Origin: Bacteroidota bacterium
Lineage (GTDB): Bacteria > Bacteroidota > Bacteroidia > CAILMK01
Reading direction: 5' to 3'
Assembly (NCBI GenBank): GCA_026391915.1
Contig: JAPLCZ010000295.1
Location: 1 to 46,212 of the forward strand
Length of the DNA stretch: 46,212 nucleotides
In this document: piece after piece, positions 1-9,519 of the stretch
Layout: each line of letters begins with the position of its first letter
How positions within the stretch are numbered: position 1 is the first letter of the stretch
Made by a program: the position numbers and the translations under genes
The notes under the pieces: model-generated
Database searches by the model: none
What the model was told of the DNA's origin: nothing
Seen by the model: the letters and a program-made list of their open reading frames with translations, nothing else

Positions 1-2
1 AA

Positions 3-1574
3 GAAACCCCTTTTGAGCTAATGACAGAAGTGCCGTTTTTGGGCAAACCATTGCGGGTTTCTATTACTCCTGAAACCAAAACCATCACCATATTTTACCA
101 CACCAGCCCAGATGCGGCGGCGGTGCAATGGCTCTCCCCCAACCAAACCGCAGGGGGCAAACAGCCGTTTATGTTTACCCAATCTCAGGCAATTTTAGCA
201 CGCACTTGGTTGCCCTGCCAGGATGGGCCTGGCATACGCTTTACCTATGATGCCACGGTGCAGGTGCCTGCCGATTTAATGGCGCTGATGAGTGCTACCA
301 ATCCGCAACAAAAGTCTGCGGATGGGGTGTATAGTTTTAAGCAAGTTCAGGCAATTCCATCCTACCTCATGGCACTTGCCGTGGGGGATATTGAGTTCAA
401 AAGTATTGATGCCAGAACGGGGGTGTATGCAGAGCCCGTAACGCTAGAAAAAGCTGCTTATGAATTTGCCGAAATGGGACAAATGGTAGCCGCAGCAGAG
501 AAGCTTTATGGCCCATACCGCTGGGGCAGGTATGATGTAATTGTGTTGCCGCCGTCCTTCCCGTTTGGGGGCATGGAGAACCCCGAACTCACCTTTGCTA
601 CACCCACTATTTTGGCAGGGGATAGGAGCCTCACCAGCCTTGTTGCGCATGAGTTGGCGCATAGCTGGAGTGGGAATTTGGTAACCAATGCTACTTGGAA
701 TGACTTCTGGCTTAATGAGGGCTTCACCGTGTATTTTGAGAGGCGGATTATGGAGTCTCTTTACGGGAAATCGTATGCTGAAATGCTTACGCTTTTGGGC
801 TACCAAGATTTGATGGAAACCATGGAAGACCTTGGACGCGATACAGCAGCAACCCACTTAAAACTTAACCTCATTGGCAAAGACCCTGATGATGGTATGA
901 ACAGCATTGCTTATGAAAAAGGGTATTTTTTAATAGTTAATATTGAAGAAAAATATGGCAGAGAAAGGCTGGATGCTTTCCTGAATAAATACTTTGCTTC
1001 TCATGCTTTCCATAGCATGACTACAGAAGATTTCCTTACCTATCTTGATGCCGAATTGCTACACGGCGATGCCAACTTTATGGCAGAAATAAAAGGCTGG
1101 ATTTATAAGCCGGGTATTCCATCTTCCATCAAAAAAGTTTCTTCAGAAAGGTTTGAAAAAGTGAATGCACAGGTTGCAGATTTTGCGGGTGGCAAGGCGG
1201 CAGCAACCCTCAATACCAAAGATTGGAGTAGCCATGAGTGGTTGCACTTTATCCGCCATTTGCCACAACCCATGAGCCTAGAAAAAATGCATGAGTTAGA
1301 TGAAGCATTTCATTTTACAACCTCCGGCAATTGCGAACTTTTAGATGCTTGGTTTGAGCACGCTATCCATAACAAATATGCCGTGGCATACCCTGCCATG
1401 AAGAAATTTTTGAACTCAGTAGGGCGCAGGAAATTCCTTTTACCTCTCTATAAAGAGATGCTAAAAACTCCCGAAGGCAAAGCCATGGCAATGGAAATTT
1501 ATAAAGACTCAAGACCAAATTACCACAGCGTAGCCGTACAAACTTTGGATGAAATGGTGGGGTGGGGGAAGTAG
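3..1574 (+). CDS. M1 family zinc aminopeptidase (leukotriene A4 hydrolase-like), 5'-truncated by the window edge
   Basis: GGMEN exopeptidase motif and HELAH-x18-E zinc motif. The frame is open from position 3, upstream of the ATG at 21. Confidence 0.92.
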   Translation, partial: ETPFELMTEVPFLGKPLRVSITPETKTITIFYHTSPDAAAVQWLSPNQTAGGKQPFMFTQSQAILARTWLPCQDGPGIRFTYDATVQVPADLMALMSATNPQQKSADGVYSFKQVQAIPSYLMALAVGDIEFKSIDARTGVYAEPVTLEKAAYEFAEMGQMVAAAEKLYGPYRWGRYDVIVLPPSFPFGGMENPELTFATPTILAGDRSLTSLVAHELAHSWSGNLVTNATWNDFWLNEGFTVYFERRIMESLYGKSYAEMLTLLGYQDLMETMEDLGRDTAATHLKLNLIGKDPDDGMNSIAYEKGYFLIVNIEEKYGRERLDAFLNKYFASHAFHSMTTEDFLTYLDAELLHGDANFMAEIKGWIYKPGIPSSIKKVSSERFEKVNAQVADFAGGKAAATLNTKDWSSHEWLHFIRHLPQPMSLEKMHELDEAFHFTTSGNCELLDAWFEHAIHNKYAVAYPAMKKFLNSVGRRKFLLPLYKEMLKTPEGKAMAMEIYKDSRPNYHSVAVQTLDEMVGWGK

Positions 1575-1654
1575 AAAATGTAGTGATTTTAAGATGTGAA
1601 GATGTGAAAATCTTAGCCCCCTTTGTGGTTAAAACCCAATACAATTATCTTTAA

Positions 1655-1662
1655 TATCTTTG
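1655..1662 (+). promoter_or_regulatory. Bacteroidota sigma-A -7 element (TATCTTTG)
   Basis: Matches TAnnTTTG, ending 13 nt before the ATG at 1676. Confidence 0.6.
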
Positions 1663-1675
1663 CATAAAGAAAAAA

Positions 1676-1936
1676 ATGATAGCTCCAAAAGTAACACAAG
1701 TAAAAGCCCTAGATAATTATCTTTTATGGGTAGAATTTGCGGATGGCAAACAAGGTAAAATTGACCTTTCCAATCTAAAAGGAAAAGGAGTTTTTGCGTA
1801 TTGGGATGATTATGAAAAGTTCAAAAATGTTTATATAGATTCTGAGACTATGGCCATTGCATGGAGTGAAGAACTTGATATTTGCCCTACAACAATCTAT
1901 AAAGAAATTAACGGAACAATAGCCCCGAATGCCTAA
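1676..1936 (+). CDS. DUF2442 family protein (putative antitoxin)
   Basis: V..VKAL..Y.L.VEF.DG ... AIAW....DICP..IY pattern. Confidence 0.8.
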   Translation: MIAPKVTQVKALDNYLLWVEFADGKQGKIDLSNLKGKGVFAYWDDYEKFKNVYIDSETMAIAWSEELDICPTTIYKEINGTIAPNA

Positions 1937-1961
1937 AGTAAGTGTCTTTTATAATTTGTAA
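1929..1961 (+). pseudogene. 10-codon remnant of a DUF4160 gene start (MPKVSVFYNL*)
   Basis: ATGCCTAAAGTAAGTGTCTTTTAT resembles the start of 1974..2237 (ATGCCAGAAGTAAGTAGATTTTAC, MPEVSRFY) and overlaps the upstream stop codon. Confidence 0.5.
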
Positions 1962-1973
1962 ATTTGTAACCCA

Positions 1974-2237
1974 ATGCCAGAAGTAAGTAGATTTTACGGT
2001 ATTATAATAAGGATGTTTTTTCAAGACCATGTACCTCCTCATTTTCATGCTACGTATGCCGAATACAACGCACTGATTTCTATTGAAACAGGTGAAATAA
2101 TTGAAGGCGAATTACCGCGTAGAGCATACCGATTGGTGCAGGATTGGGCTGAACTTCATAAAAAGGAATTGAAGGAAAATTACCTTGAATCCTTAAAAAA
2201 GGATGGTGTGATTTCTAGAATTGAACCTTTAATATAA
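1974..2237 (+). CDS. DUF4160 family protein (putative TA toxin)
   Basis: MP.VSRFYGI.I.M...DH.PPHFHA.Y signature. TAAATTTG -7 element at 1959-1966. Confidence 0.88.
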   Translation: MPEVSRFYGIIIRMFFQDHVPPHFHATYAEYNALISIETGEIIEGELPRRAYRLVQDWAELHKKELKENYLESLKKDGVISRIEPLI

Positions 2238-2244
2238 TTTTAGA

Positions 2245-2520
2245 ATGTTACATAAAATCACTTCAATTCATAAAATTATACCTTATAAAATTCTGGTAAC
2301 TTTTGATGGCGTTGAATTGCGTGAAATTGATTTTGAGAATGTGGTTAAGGACTTTACTGTTTTACAAAATCTTGAAATTTTTATGAATGCAACATTGGAT
2401 GATTATCCAACAATTAAATGGGATAATCTGGCAAAAATGAAAAATTTAGATGGGAAGATAATTGATGCACCTCTAGACTTTTGTCCTGATTCACTATACT
2501 TAATAAGCTCTTCGGTCTAA
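2245..2520 (+). CDS. DUF2442-like protein (putative antitoxin)
   Basis: Y.I.V.FD...R.IDF ... TI.W ... DFCPD.LY pattern, 7 nt downstream of DUF4160. Confidence 0.7.
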   Translation: MLHKITSIHKIIPYKILVTFDGVELREIDFENVVKDFTVLQNLEIFMNATLDDYPTIKWDNLAKMKNLDGKIIDAPLDFCPDSLYLISSSV

Positions 2521-2577
2521 TTAATTACTAGGTGTACTTTACAAATTTCTAAATGAAATAGCCGGTAATAAAACTTA

Positions 2578-3609
2578 ATGTATAAACTCCTTCGCCGCAT
2601 ATTATTCCTGATTCCGCCTGAGGAAGTGCATCACCTCACGATGTTTCTTTTGCGGTGGATGCTTAAAATTCCGTTTGCTAACAGGCTGTTTAATCCTTAC
2701 CCAAAAGATGCTGCATATTTAGGGAAAACAGTAGCCGGAATTCATTTCCCCAACCCTATTGGTATGGCGGCAGGATTTGATAAAAATGCTTTGTATTTTA
2801 ATGAACTCTCTGCGCTTGGTTTTGGATTTATTGAGATAGGGACTGTTACCCCTTTAGCCCAAAGTGGCAACCCAAAGCCACGCCTATTTCGTTTGCCAAA
2901 AGATGAGGCTTTGATTAACAGAATGGGTTTTAATAATGATGGTGTGGATGCCATTGCAGCAAGATTAAAGAACAGGAACCTGAACATAATTATTGGCGGT
3001 AATATTGGTAAAAATAAAAATACCCCCAACGAAAATGCAGCAGTTGATTATCTGATTTGCTTTGAAAAACTTTTCCCCTATGTGGATTATTTTGTAGTGA
3101 ATATAAGCTCACCTAACACCCCAAATCTGCGTGAGTTGCAGGACAAAGATGCGCTGCTAAACCTCACCTCAAAAGTGATGGAGAAAAATAAATCCTATCC
3201 AAATCCTAAACCTGTTTTCTTAAAAATTGCCCCTGATATTTCCTACACACAGTTGGATGAAATTTTGGAAATCATTACTCATAATGGATTCGCTGGAATC
3301 ATTGCAACCAATACTACTATTAGCAGAGAGGGATTAAAAACCTCAAAAGCAGAAGTTGAAAACCTCGGCGCCGGTGGGCTCAGTGGTACCCCCCTCCGCA
3401 ATAAAAGCAATGAGTTTATTACCTACATAAAATCAAAAGTAAAACCCGATTTTGCTATCATTGCCTCTGGTGGAATAATGACAGAAACCGATGCCATAGA
3501 ACGCCTGAATGCAGGCGCTGATTTAGTACAATTTTACACAGGTTTTATTTATGAAGGGCCTTGGGTAGTTGGGAGAGTGAAGAGGGAGATTGGTTATTCC
3601 TCCTTCTGA
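2578..3609 (+). CDS. pyrD: Quinone-dependent dihydroorotate dehydrogenase (class 2)
   Basis: AAGFDKN, GNPKPRLFRL, NISSPNTP, KIAPD and GGLSG motifs. Confidence 0.97.
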   Translation: MYKLLRRILFLIPPEEVHHLTMFLLRWMLKIPFANRLFNPYPKDAAYLGKTVAGIHFPNPIGMAAGFDKNALYFNELSALGFGFIEIGTVTPLAQSGNPKPRLFRLPKDEALINRMGFNNDGVDAIAARLKNRNLNIIIGGNIGKNKNTPNENAAVDYLICFEKLFPYVDYFVVNISSPNTPNLRELQDKDALLNLTSKVMEKNKSYPNPKPVFLKIAPDISYTQLDEILEIITHNGFAGIIATNTTISREGLKTSKAEVENLGAGGLSGTPLRNKSNEFITYIKSKVKPDFAIIASGGIMTETDAIERLNAGADLVQFYTGFIYEGPWVVGRVKREIGYSSF

Positions 3610-4226
3610 TGGACCTTGAAATTTTTGGTGGTAAAAAACGGCATCAGATTCCATAGTATGAAAATTATAAAACTAAGCTTGGTGTTATAAAAAGCAAGTG
3701 CTGCTATGCTTGCCAGCACTAATGCAAGTATAGGCAACATCTTTATTATTTTTTTGACTTCTGCAAAATCTGTATCCTCATGTAGTAAGTTTTTACGCAG
3801 GCAATAGCTCATATAAAAATATGCACATATAATTAGCATCATACTCAGTCCACCAAATACCACAAAGCTCATCGGGTTATCAGGATATTCTCCAATAAGG
3901 CTGCAACAAAAAGGGAACAGCGAAATAATAATAAGATACACCACCATCCATACCAAATAATGAATGTCCATCCGCACTACCATTCTCTGCATTTGGAAAG
4001 ATGAAATCCAATTGCCACCCACCAATAAAGCACTCAGTAAAAAGGCTGAAAACTTTGGAAGTACGTGCTTCAATTCAGCAAGCATTGCATTGGGAGAAGT
4101 GCAATTTTTTACTTCTGGTAGCCTGAGTTCCAGAACCAATAAAGTTAGTGCAATGGCAAACACCGCATCATTAAACATGGTGATGCGTTCCAAATCTTTG
4201 TGGTTGTAGGCGGTTTTATTACTCAT
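3594..4226 (-). CDS. TMEM175/DUF1211 family potassium channel-like membrane protein
   Basis: ER...FNDAVFAIALTLLVLE N-terminal signature and about 6 hydrophobic segments. TATTTTTG -7 element at 4245-4252 (minus strand). Confidence 0.85.
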   Translation of the reverse strand: MSNKTAYNHKDLERITMFNDAVFAIALTLLVLELRLPEVKNCTSPNAMLAELKHVLPKFSAFLLSALLVGGNWISSFQMQRMVVRMDIHYLVWMVVYLIIISLFPFCCSLIGEYPDNPMSFVVFGGLSMMLIICAYFYMSYCLRKNLLHEDTDFAEVKKIIKMLPILALVLASIAALAFYNTKLSFIIFILWNLMPFFTTKNFKVHQKEE

Positions 4227-4385
4227 ACATTAAAATTATTTTGGCAAAAATAGACATAACATATTTGGCAATCAGCTTTACTGATTTAATAAGTAGGAAC
4301 CCAATATTAAACTTGAAACATAGAACTTGAAACTCACCTGCTCCACCTAATTTTGCCACTCAATTTCAACCACAAAAAACAAAAC

Positions 4386-4949
4386 ATGCAACGCATAATT
4401 GGCTATTTTCTCAGAGGGCTTTTGGTCATCCTTCCATTAGGTATTACGGTGATGATTATTTTCCGAAGTATTGCCTGGATTGATTCATTGCTTCAACTAA
4501 AAATACCTGGGCTTGGGTTGCTGATTGTGATTGGAGGAATCTTTATTACAGGGATTGTTTTCTCAGGTTTTATTGGCAAACATTTATTGGCTCTGCTTGA
4601 CCAAGCACTCTCAAAAACACCTTTGGTGAGCCTGATTTATTCTTCTATAAAAGATTTGATAGATTCCTTTATTGGAGATAAAAGAAAGTTTACAGAACCA
4701 GTGCTAATCAGCATTTATAGTGATGGAGTACAAGCCATGGGTTTTGTTACAAGAAGGGATTTAACCGAGTTGGGACTGAAAGATAAATCTGCCGTTTATC
4801 TGCCGTATTCTTATGCCATCAGTGGGCATGTGTTGATTGTTGATAATAGTAAAATAACACCCCTACATGCCAACCCATCCGAGGTAATGAAGTTCCTTGT
4901 TTCGGCTGGGATAACAGGTTTTGCAGAGGTGGAGGAAGAAAAGAAATAA
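4386..4949 (+). CDS. DUF502 family membrane protein
   Basis: FLRGLL..LP..IT, P.V..IYSSIKDL and V.LP.SY..SG motifs. ATG 4386 is preferred over TTG 4353, which overlaps the TAATTTTG promoter element at 4348-4355. Confidence 0.88.
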   Translation: MQRIIGYFLRGLLVILPLGITVMIIFRSIAWIDSLLQLKIPGLGLLIVIGGIFITGIVFSGFIGKHLLALLDQALSKTPLVSLIYSSIKDLIDSFIGDKRKFTEPVLISIYSDGVQAMGFVTRRDLTELGLKDKSAVYLPYSYAISGHVLIVDNSKITPLHANPSEVMKFLVSAGITGFAEVEEEKK

Positions 4950-4957
4950 TTTGTAAT

Positions 4958-5020
4958 GAGTTCCATCACTGCGTTCAGGATGACAAGCAAGTTGCAGTCA
5001 TGCTGAGGCACGAAGCATCT
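4958..5020. repeat. REP-like palindrome doublet (GTCATCCTGAAC.../GTCATGCTGAGG...)
   Basis: Two oppositely oriented GTCA-headed hairpin units. A near-identical reverse-complement copy lies at 41397-41460. Confidence 0.85.
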
Positions 5021-5059
5021 AACTCAAAACAAATATTAGTAATTAAGAATTAATAAAAA

Positions 5060-5872
5060 ATGGAACTAAGAAAATTAATAGAGGAAGCATGGGAAAACCG
5101 TGATTTGCTAAAGGAATCTGCCCACAAACAAGCAGTAGTTGATGTGATAGACAATCTTGATAAAGGATTGGTGAGAGTTGCCGAACCTATTGCCGATGGT
5201 TGGCAAGTAAATGAGTGGGTGAAGAAAGCAGTATTAATGTTTTTCCCCCTCCGCCAAATGGATGTAATGCATGCAGGCCCCATGGAATTTTATGACAAAA
5301 TCCCTCTCAAAAAAAACTACGAAAGTTTAGGAGTGAGAGTGGTTCCTCATGCTGTAGCGCGCTATGGTTCGTTCCTCGCAAAAGGTGTAATCCTCATGCC
5401 TAGCTATGTAAATATTGGTGCTTATGTGGATGCCAATACCATGGTGGATACATGGGCAACTGTAGGCTCCTGCGCACAGATTGGCAAGAATGTTCACCTG
5501 AGTGGCGGGGTAGGGATTGGCGGTGTACTTGAACCCGTTCAGGCTGCGCCAGTAATTATTGAAGATGGTTGTTTCATTGGCTCAAGATGCATAGTGGTGG
5601 AAGGTGTTAGAGTAGGGAAGGAAGCAGTTCTTGGGGCAAATGTTGTTATCACAGCATCCACCAAAATTATTGACGTTTCGGGCAGTGAACCCGTGGAATA
5701 TAAAAGCATAGTGCCGGAGAGGAGTGTGGTAATCCCGGGTACTTACGCAAAGAAATTTCCGGCAGGCGAATACCATGTCCCCTGTGCATTAATTATTGGT
5801 AAACGCAAAGAAAGCACTGACCTTAAAACTTCTCTTAATGATACCTTGCGGGAGTATAATCTTTCCGTATAA
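5060..5872 (+). CDS. dapD: 2,3,4,5-tetrahydropyridine-2,6-dicarboxylate N-succinyltransferase
   Basis: WxVNEWVKKAVL, MPSYVNIGAYVD and HLSGGVGIGGVLEP motifs. Confidence 0.97.
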   Translation: MELRKLIEEAWENRDLLKESAHKQAVVDVIDNLDKGLVRVAEPIADGWQVNEWVKKAVLMFFPLRQMDVMHAGPMEFYDKIPLKKNYESLGVRVVPHAVARYGSFLAKGVILMPSYVNIGAYVDANTMVDTWATVGSCAQIGKNVHLSGGVGIGGVLEPVQAAPVIIEDGCFIGSRCIVVEGVRVGKEAVLGANVVITASTKIIDVSGSEPVEYKSIVPERSVVIPGTYAKKFPAGEYHVPCALIIGKRKESTDLKTSLNDTLREYNLSV

Positions 5873-5898
5873 TTGTACCTTAATCCCACAAATCAGTC

Positions 5899-6639
5899 AT
5901 GGAAAAATCTTATAAATTTATTACCGCAGGCATCATTGGTTTTGCAGTAATCATGTGCTCAATCTTTCTCTCTAATGCATGGACAAAAACCCATCACTCC
6001 AGCAATAGCATTTTTGTAACGGGGATGGCATCACGAAACTTTACCTCTGATTTAATTAGTTGGGGCGCAGGTTTCAGCCGCAATGCATCCACCATAAAGG
6101 AGGCGTATAATCTCTTAAAATCAGACCGCGAAAAACTAAAGGCTTACCTACTAGAAAAGGGAATTAAAGAAAGTGATATTGTGTTTGATGCGGTGAGGAC
6201 GGATGATGTGTTTGATATCATCCGCAATAAAGATGGAATGGAAATTAACCGCACTTTGAGGGGCTATACTTTAACCCAACATCTCACCATTGAATCCAAA
6301 GATGTGGATAGGGTAGAAAAACTTAGCAGGGATGTAACAGAGTTGATTGATAAAGACATTCAGTTGAATAGTGAACAGCCTCTTTTCTTTTATACCAAAC
6401 TCGCAAGCCTTAAAATTGAAATGCTTGCCGAAGCCACCAAAGATGCCAAAACTCGCGCTGATAAAATTGCCCAAAACGCAGGAGGCTCTACCGGAAGTTT
6501 GAAGGTGGCAAATATGGGTGTGTTCCAAATTACAGGGCAAAACTCAGCTGAGGAATACAGCTATGGCGGTGCTTTTAATACCGCAGATAAAAAGAAAACC
6601 GCCAGCATCACAGTGAAGTTGGAGTTTGATGTAAGATAG
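5899..6639 (+). CDS. SIMPL (DUF541) domain protein
   Basis: N-terminal TM/signal segment, I.VTG.A, A..DAK.RA..IA and GVFQIT motifs. Confidence 0.85.
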   Translation: MEKSYKFITAGIIGFAVIMCSIFLSNAWTKTHHSSNSIFVTGMASRNFTSDLISWGAGFSRNASTIKEAYNLLKSDREKLKAYLLEKGIKESDIVFDAVRTDDVFDIIRNKDGMEINRTLRGYTLTQHLTIESKDVDRVEKLSRDVTELIDKDIQLNSEQPLFFYTKLASLKIEMLAEATKDAKTRADKIAQNAGGSTGSLKVANMGVFQITGQNSAEEYSYGGAFNTADKKKTASITVKLEFDVR

Positions 6640-6645
6640 ATTTTC

Positions 6646-7344
6646 ATGAATCAACAATCGCAACACAAACGGTTTTCCATTAGCAGCAGGCTTCGTAGTT
6701 TTAAATATGCATTTAATGGAATCAAATGGATGTTGCAAACGCAGCACAATAGCTGGATTCATCTCACCCTTTCTATTGCTGTAATTTTCTTCGGATTCCA
6801 TTTTAAAATTTCTACTACAGAGTGGTGCTTTTTAGTCCTTGCCATTGGTTTGGGTTTTACTGCAGAAGCTTACTCCTCTCCCATTGGTATGCTAAAAATA
6901 AAAGCTGATGATGATGCCATCACCGAAGTTTATTTTGTGGATGAAAAAATCTCTCCTCCAAATTTTAAAATTACCAAAACCACCAACCCACAAATTGTTG
7001 CTACCGTAAAACAACTGGATGAATACTTCCATAAAGAACGGACTAAATTTGATTTGCAACTAAGCCCAAATGGTACAGATTTCCAAAAAGAAGTTTGGGG
7101 AAAATTGAAGGATATTAAGTTTGGAAAAACCACCTCCTACCTTGCCATTGCTAAACAATTAGGAGATGAAAATAAAAACCGTGCAGTGGGTATGGCAAAT
7201 GGTAAAAACCAAATTGCTATTATCATCCCATGCCATAGAGTTATTGGTGCTGATGGTAGTTTAGTTGGCTATTCCGGAGGCTTGCAACGCAAGAAATGGC
7301 TACTACAACATGAGGCGGAATTTGCGCAAGGAGAGTTGTTTTAA
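6646..7344 (+). CDS. ogt: Fusion of the N-terminal half of a DgkA/UdpK family kinase to a methylated-DNA--protein-cysteine methyltransferase (Ogt)
   Basis: Residues 1-75 give SFKYAF.GI...QHN..IH...EW..L...G....AEA (DgkA-like). From YSSPIG onward it is Ogt-like, with GT.FQ..VW, RAVG.AN..N and the PCHRV active site. Confidence 0.8.
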   Translation: MNQQSQHKRFSISSRLRSFKYAFNGIKWMLQTQHNSWIHLTLSIAVIFFGFHFKISTTEWCFLVLAIGLGFTAEAYSSPIGMLKIKADDDAITEVYFVDEKISPPNFKITKTTNPQIVATVKQLDEYFHKERTKFDLQLSPNGTDFQKEVWGKLKDIKFGKTTSYLAIAKQLGDENKNRAVGMANGKNQIAIIIPCHRVIGADGSLVGYSGGLQRKKWLLQHEAEFAQGELF

Positions 7345-7354
7345 AACTGCAAAA

Positions 7355-8941
7355 CTATCCCTTACTTTGGATTTTAATTTTTTGCCCAACCCAAATTGAA
7401 CGCCCACCTTTTAGGTTGTTCCATTGTTTAATTTCTTCAATAGAAACCCCTGGATATTTTTGGGCAATACTCCATAATGTATCACCCTTTTGCACAACGT
7501 AAACTTTTATTTGTGGAGCCTTTTCCTGGGTTTGGATTTTGTTTTCCTGTTGTGGTGTTTTAGCAATAGTAGTTTTATTCTCTACTTGGGCAGGTGCAAC
7601 ATAAGAATCAGAAATACGAATTTTCTGAGCCAGTGTCATATTGTTTATCTTCAGGTAATAATTATATTTTTCCATAGGCACATAAACTGCAAGGCGCTTC
7701 CCAATTAGGAGTTTATAATTTCGCATATTATTCCAACGCATAAGGTTATAAACACTCACATCAAACCAATCAGCAATACTCGGTAGGTTGTCCCCTGATT
7801 TTACGGTGTAATATAGTCCCCCAATTTTGGGTGGTGGTGCCACATAAGTTGGGGTGGCAACGCGAGTAGTTTCCGGTGTATGCTTAATGTATGTAGAGGC
7901 CTGATATCTATAAATTGAATCTTGATATTGTGCAAAAATAGAAGTGTATTTAACCGGGAGTTTCAAAATATAATTATTACTTCTAGCGGGTATTTTATCC
8001 TTTATATAATGTGGATTTAAATACCTAATAAGCTCCATGGGCGCACCAGTAACCATACTAATAGTTGAAAAATCCAAATCCTGATTTACCAAAATAGTAT
8101 CTACCAAAGTTGGCAGGTTTACAGATTGCGGATAAAGATTATGTTCTTTATGATATTGGAACAAATAAGTTACAGCAATAAACGCAGGTACATAGCCTCT
8201 GGTTTCGGCAGGGAGGTAATTATATATTTCCCAAAAAGTTTTTTTGCCTCCACTTCTTCTTATGGCTTTATTCACATTACCGGGCCCACAATTATAAGCA
8301 GCTAGCGCCAGAAACCAATCCCCAAAAGCATTGTATAAATCCTTTACATATTGCGCTGCAGCAAGGGTTGATTTTTGTGGGTCACGCCTTTCATCAACAT
8401 AAGAGTTGATGGTCATACCATACATCCTACCAGTAGAATACATAAACTGCCAAGGCCCCACCGCAGCTGCAGGAGAAACTGCTTGCGGTATTAAAGCACT
8501 CTCAACTACAGACAAAAATTTCAATTCCTGAGGCATGTCATTGGCAGCAAGTATCTCCTCATACATGGGGAAATAATACTCACTTAATCCTAAGATTTTT
8601 TCTGATAAATCACGCCTGCGAACAAGGTATAAATCAATAAAAGCTTTCACTTGGGCATTGTAGGTATAAGGGAAAGGGCTACTAAGCGATGCAATCCTTT
8701 TTGCATATACAGAATCCGAATATTGGGGTACATCATCGGGTTTAAAACCAAAGGTATTTACATAAGAGCTATTGCGGTTTTTAATGGTATTTTTCATATA
8801 CCACAAATGCACAAGGCTATCAAAATTCCCCATCATCACCTTGCTCTCCTTCAGCACATTTTCATCTGCACCATTGCCCTGTGCAATAGCCTGCATTGCA
8901 ATAAAAACACTTGCTAAAAATGTGAAGATAAGTTTATTCAT
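7355..8941 (-). CDS. mltD: Membrane-bound lytic murein transglycosylase D (SLT plus 2 LysM)
   Basis: VES catalytic Glu, G.WQF, DER.DP, AAYN.G and ETR.YV motifs, two LysM repeats, signal peptide. Confidence 0.92.
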   Translation of the reverse strand: MNKLIFTFLASVFIAMQAIAQGNGADENVLKESKVMMGNFDSLVHLWYMKNTIKNRNSSYVNTFGFKPDDVPQYSDSVYAKRIASLSSPFPYTYNAQVKAFIDLYLVRRRDLSEKILGLSEYYFPMYEEILAANDMPQELKFLSVVESALIPQAVSPAAAVGPWQFMYSTGRMYGMTINSYVDERRDPQKSTLAAAQYVKDLYNAFGDWFLALAAYNCGPGNVNKAIRRSGGKKTFWEIYNYLPAETRGYVPAFIAVTYLFQYHKEHNLYPQSVNLPTLVDTILVNQDLDFSTISMVTGAPMELIRYLNPHYIKDKIPARSNNYILKLPVKYTSIFAQYQDSIYRYQASTYIKHTPETTRVATPTYVAPPPKIGGLYYTVKSGDNLPSIADWFDVSVYNLMRWNNMRNYKLLIGKRLAVYVPMEKYNYYLKINNMTLAQKIRISDSYVAPAQVENKTTIAKTPQQENKIQTQEKAPQIKVYVVQKGDTLWSIAQKYPGVSIEEIKQWNNLKGGRSIWVGQKIKIQSKG

Positions 8942-9066
8942 TTTCTATTATACTGAAAACAATCTAACGCAAATTGATAGGTGATATTTTGTTTGGTGGC
9001 AAATATAAATTTTTAATACAAATAAATAGTTATCACATTTTCACTGATTCAAAAATCTATCCTAAA

Positions 9067-9501
9067 TTATTTAAACTTATGAGTCTTGAAAATAGAAATA
9101 ATTTTCTTTTCATCTGTGGGATTTGAAGTATATAATCTATTCATGTGGATACTGTCTCTTTTATCAATGTATGCTGTTAGATATGTCCTTCCATACCTTT
9201 TTTTCTTTACAATTTTAGCATCGCAATTATCAATCTTCAACTCTTCAAAGGAAATAGTATTAGCATCTTTTTGTACATCATCAATCCCTTTAAATCCCAT
9301 TCTCCCACAATCAAAAGAAATAGTATCCCACCAATTTTGATAATAGCCAACATAAGTATCAACTCCTTCAAGATTTTTTAGATGCCAACCACTTGGCAAA
9401 TCAAGAGAAAAAACCTCATTTTTATCTTCTGATTTATTGCCATCCTTGGTGCAAGAAACACTAAAAGCAATCACAAATAAAATGGAAACTAATGTTCTCA
9501 T
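9067..9501 (-). CDS. Hypothetical lipoprotein
   Basis: Short signal peptide ending in SVSC lipobox-like Cys. AT-rich. Confidence 0.65.
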   Translation of the reverse strand: MRTLVSILFVIAFSVSCTKDGNKSEDKNEVFSLDLPSGWHLKNLEGVDTYVGYYQNWWDTISFDCGRMGFKGIDDVQKDANTISFEELKIDNCDAKIVKKKRYGRTYLTAYIDKRDSIHMNRLYTSNPTDEKKIISIFKTHKFK

Positions 9502-9519
9502 ATAGTATAAATCGGAGTA

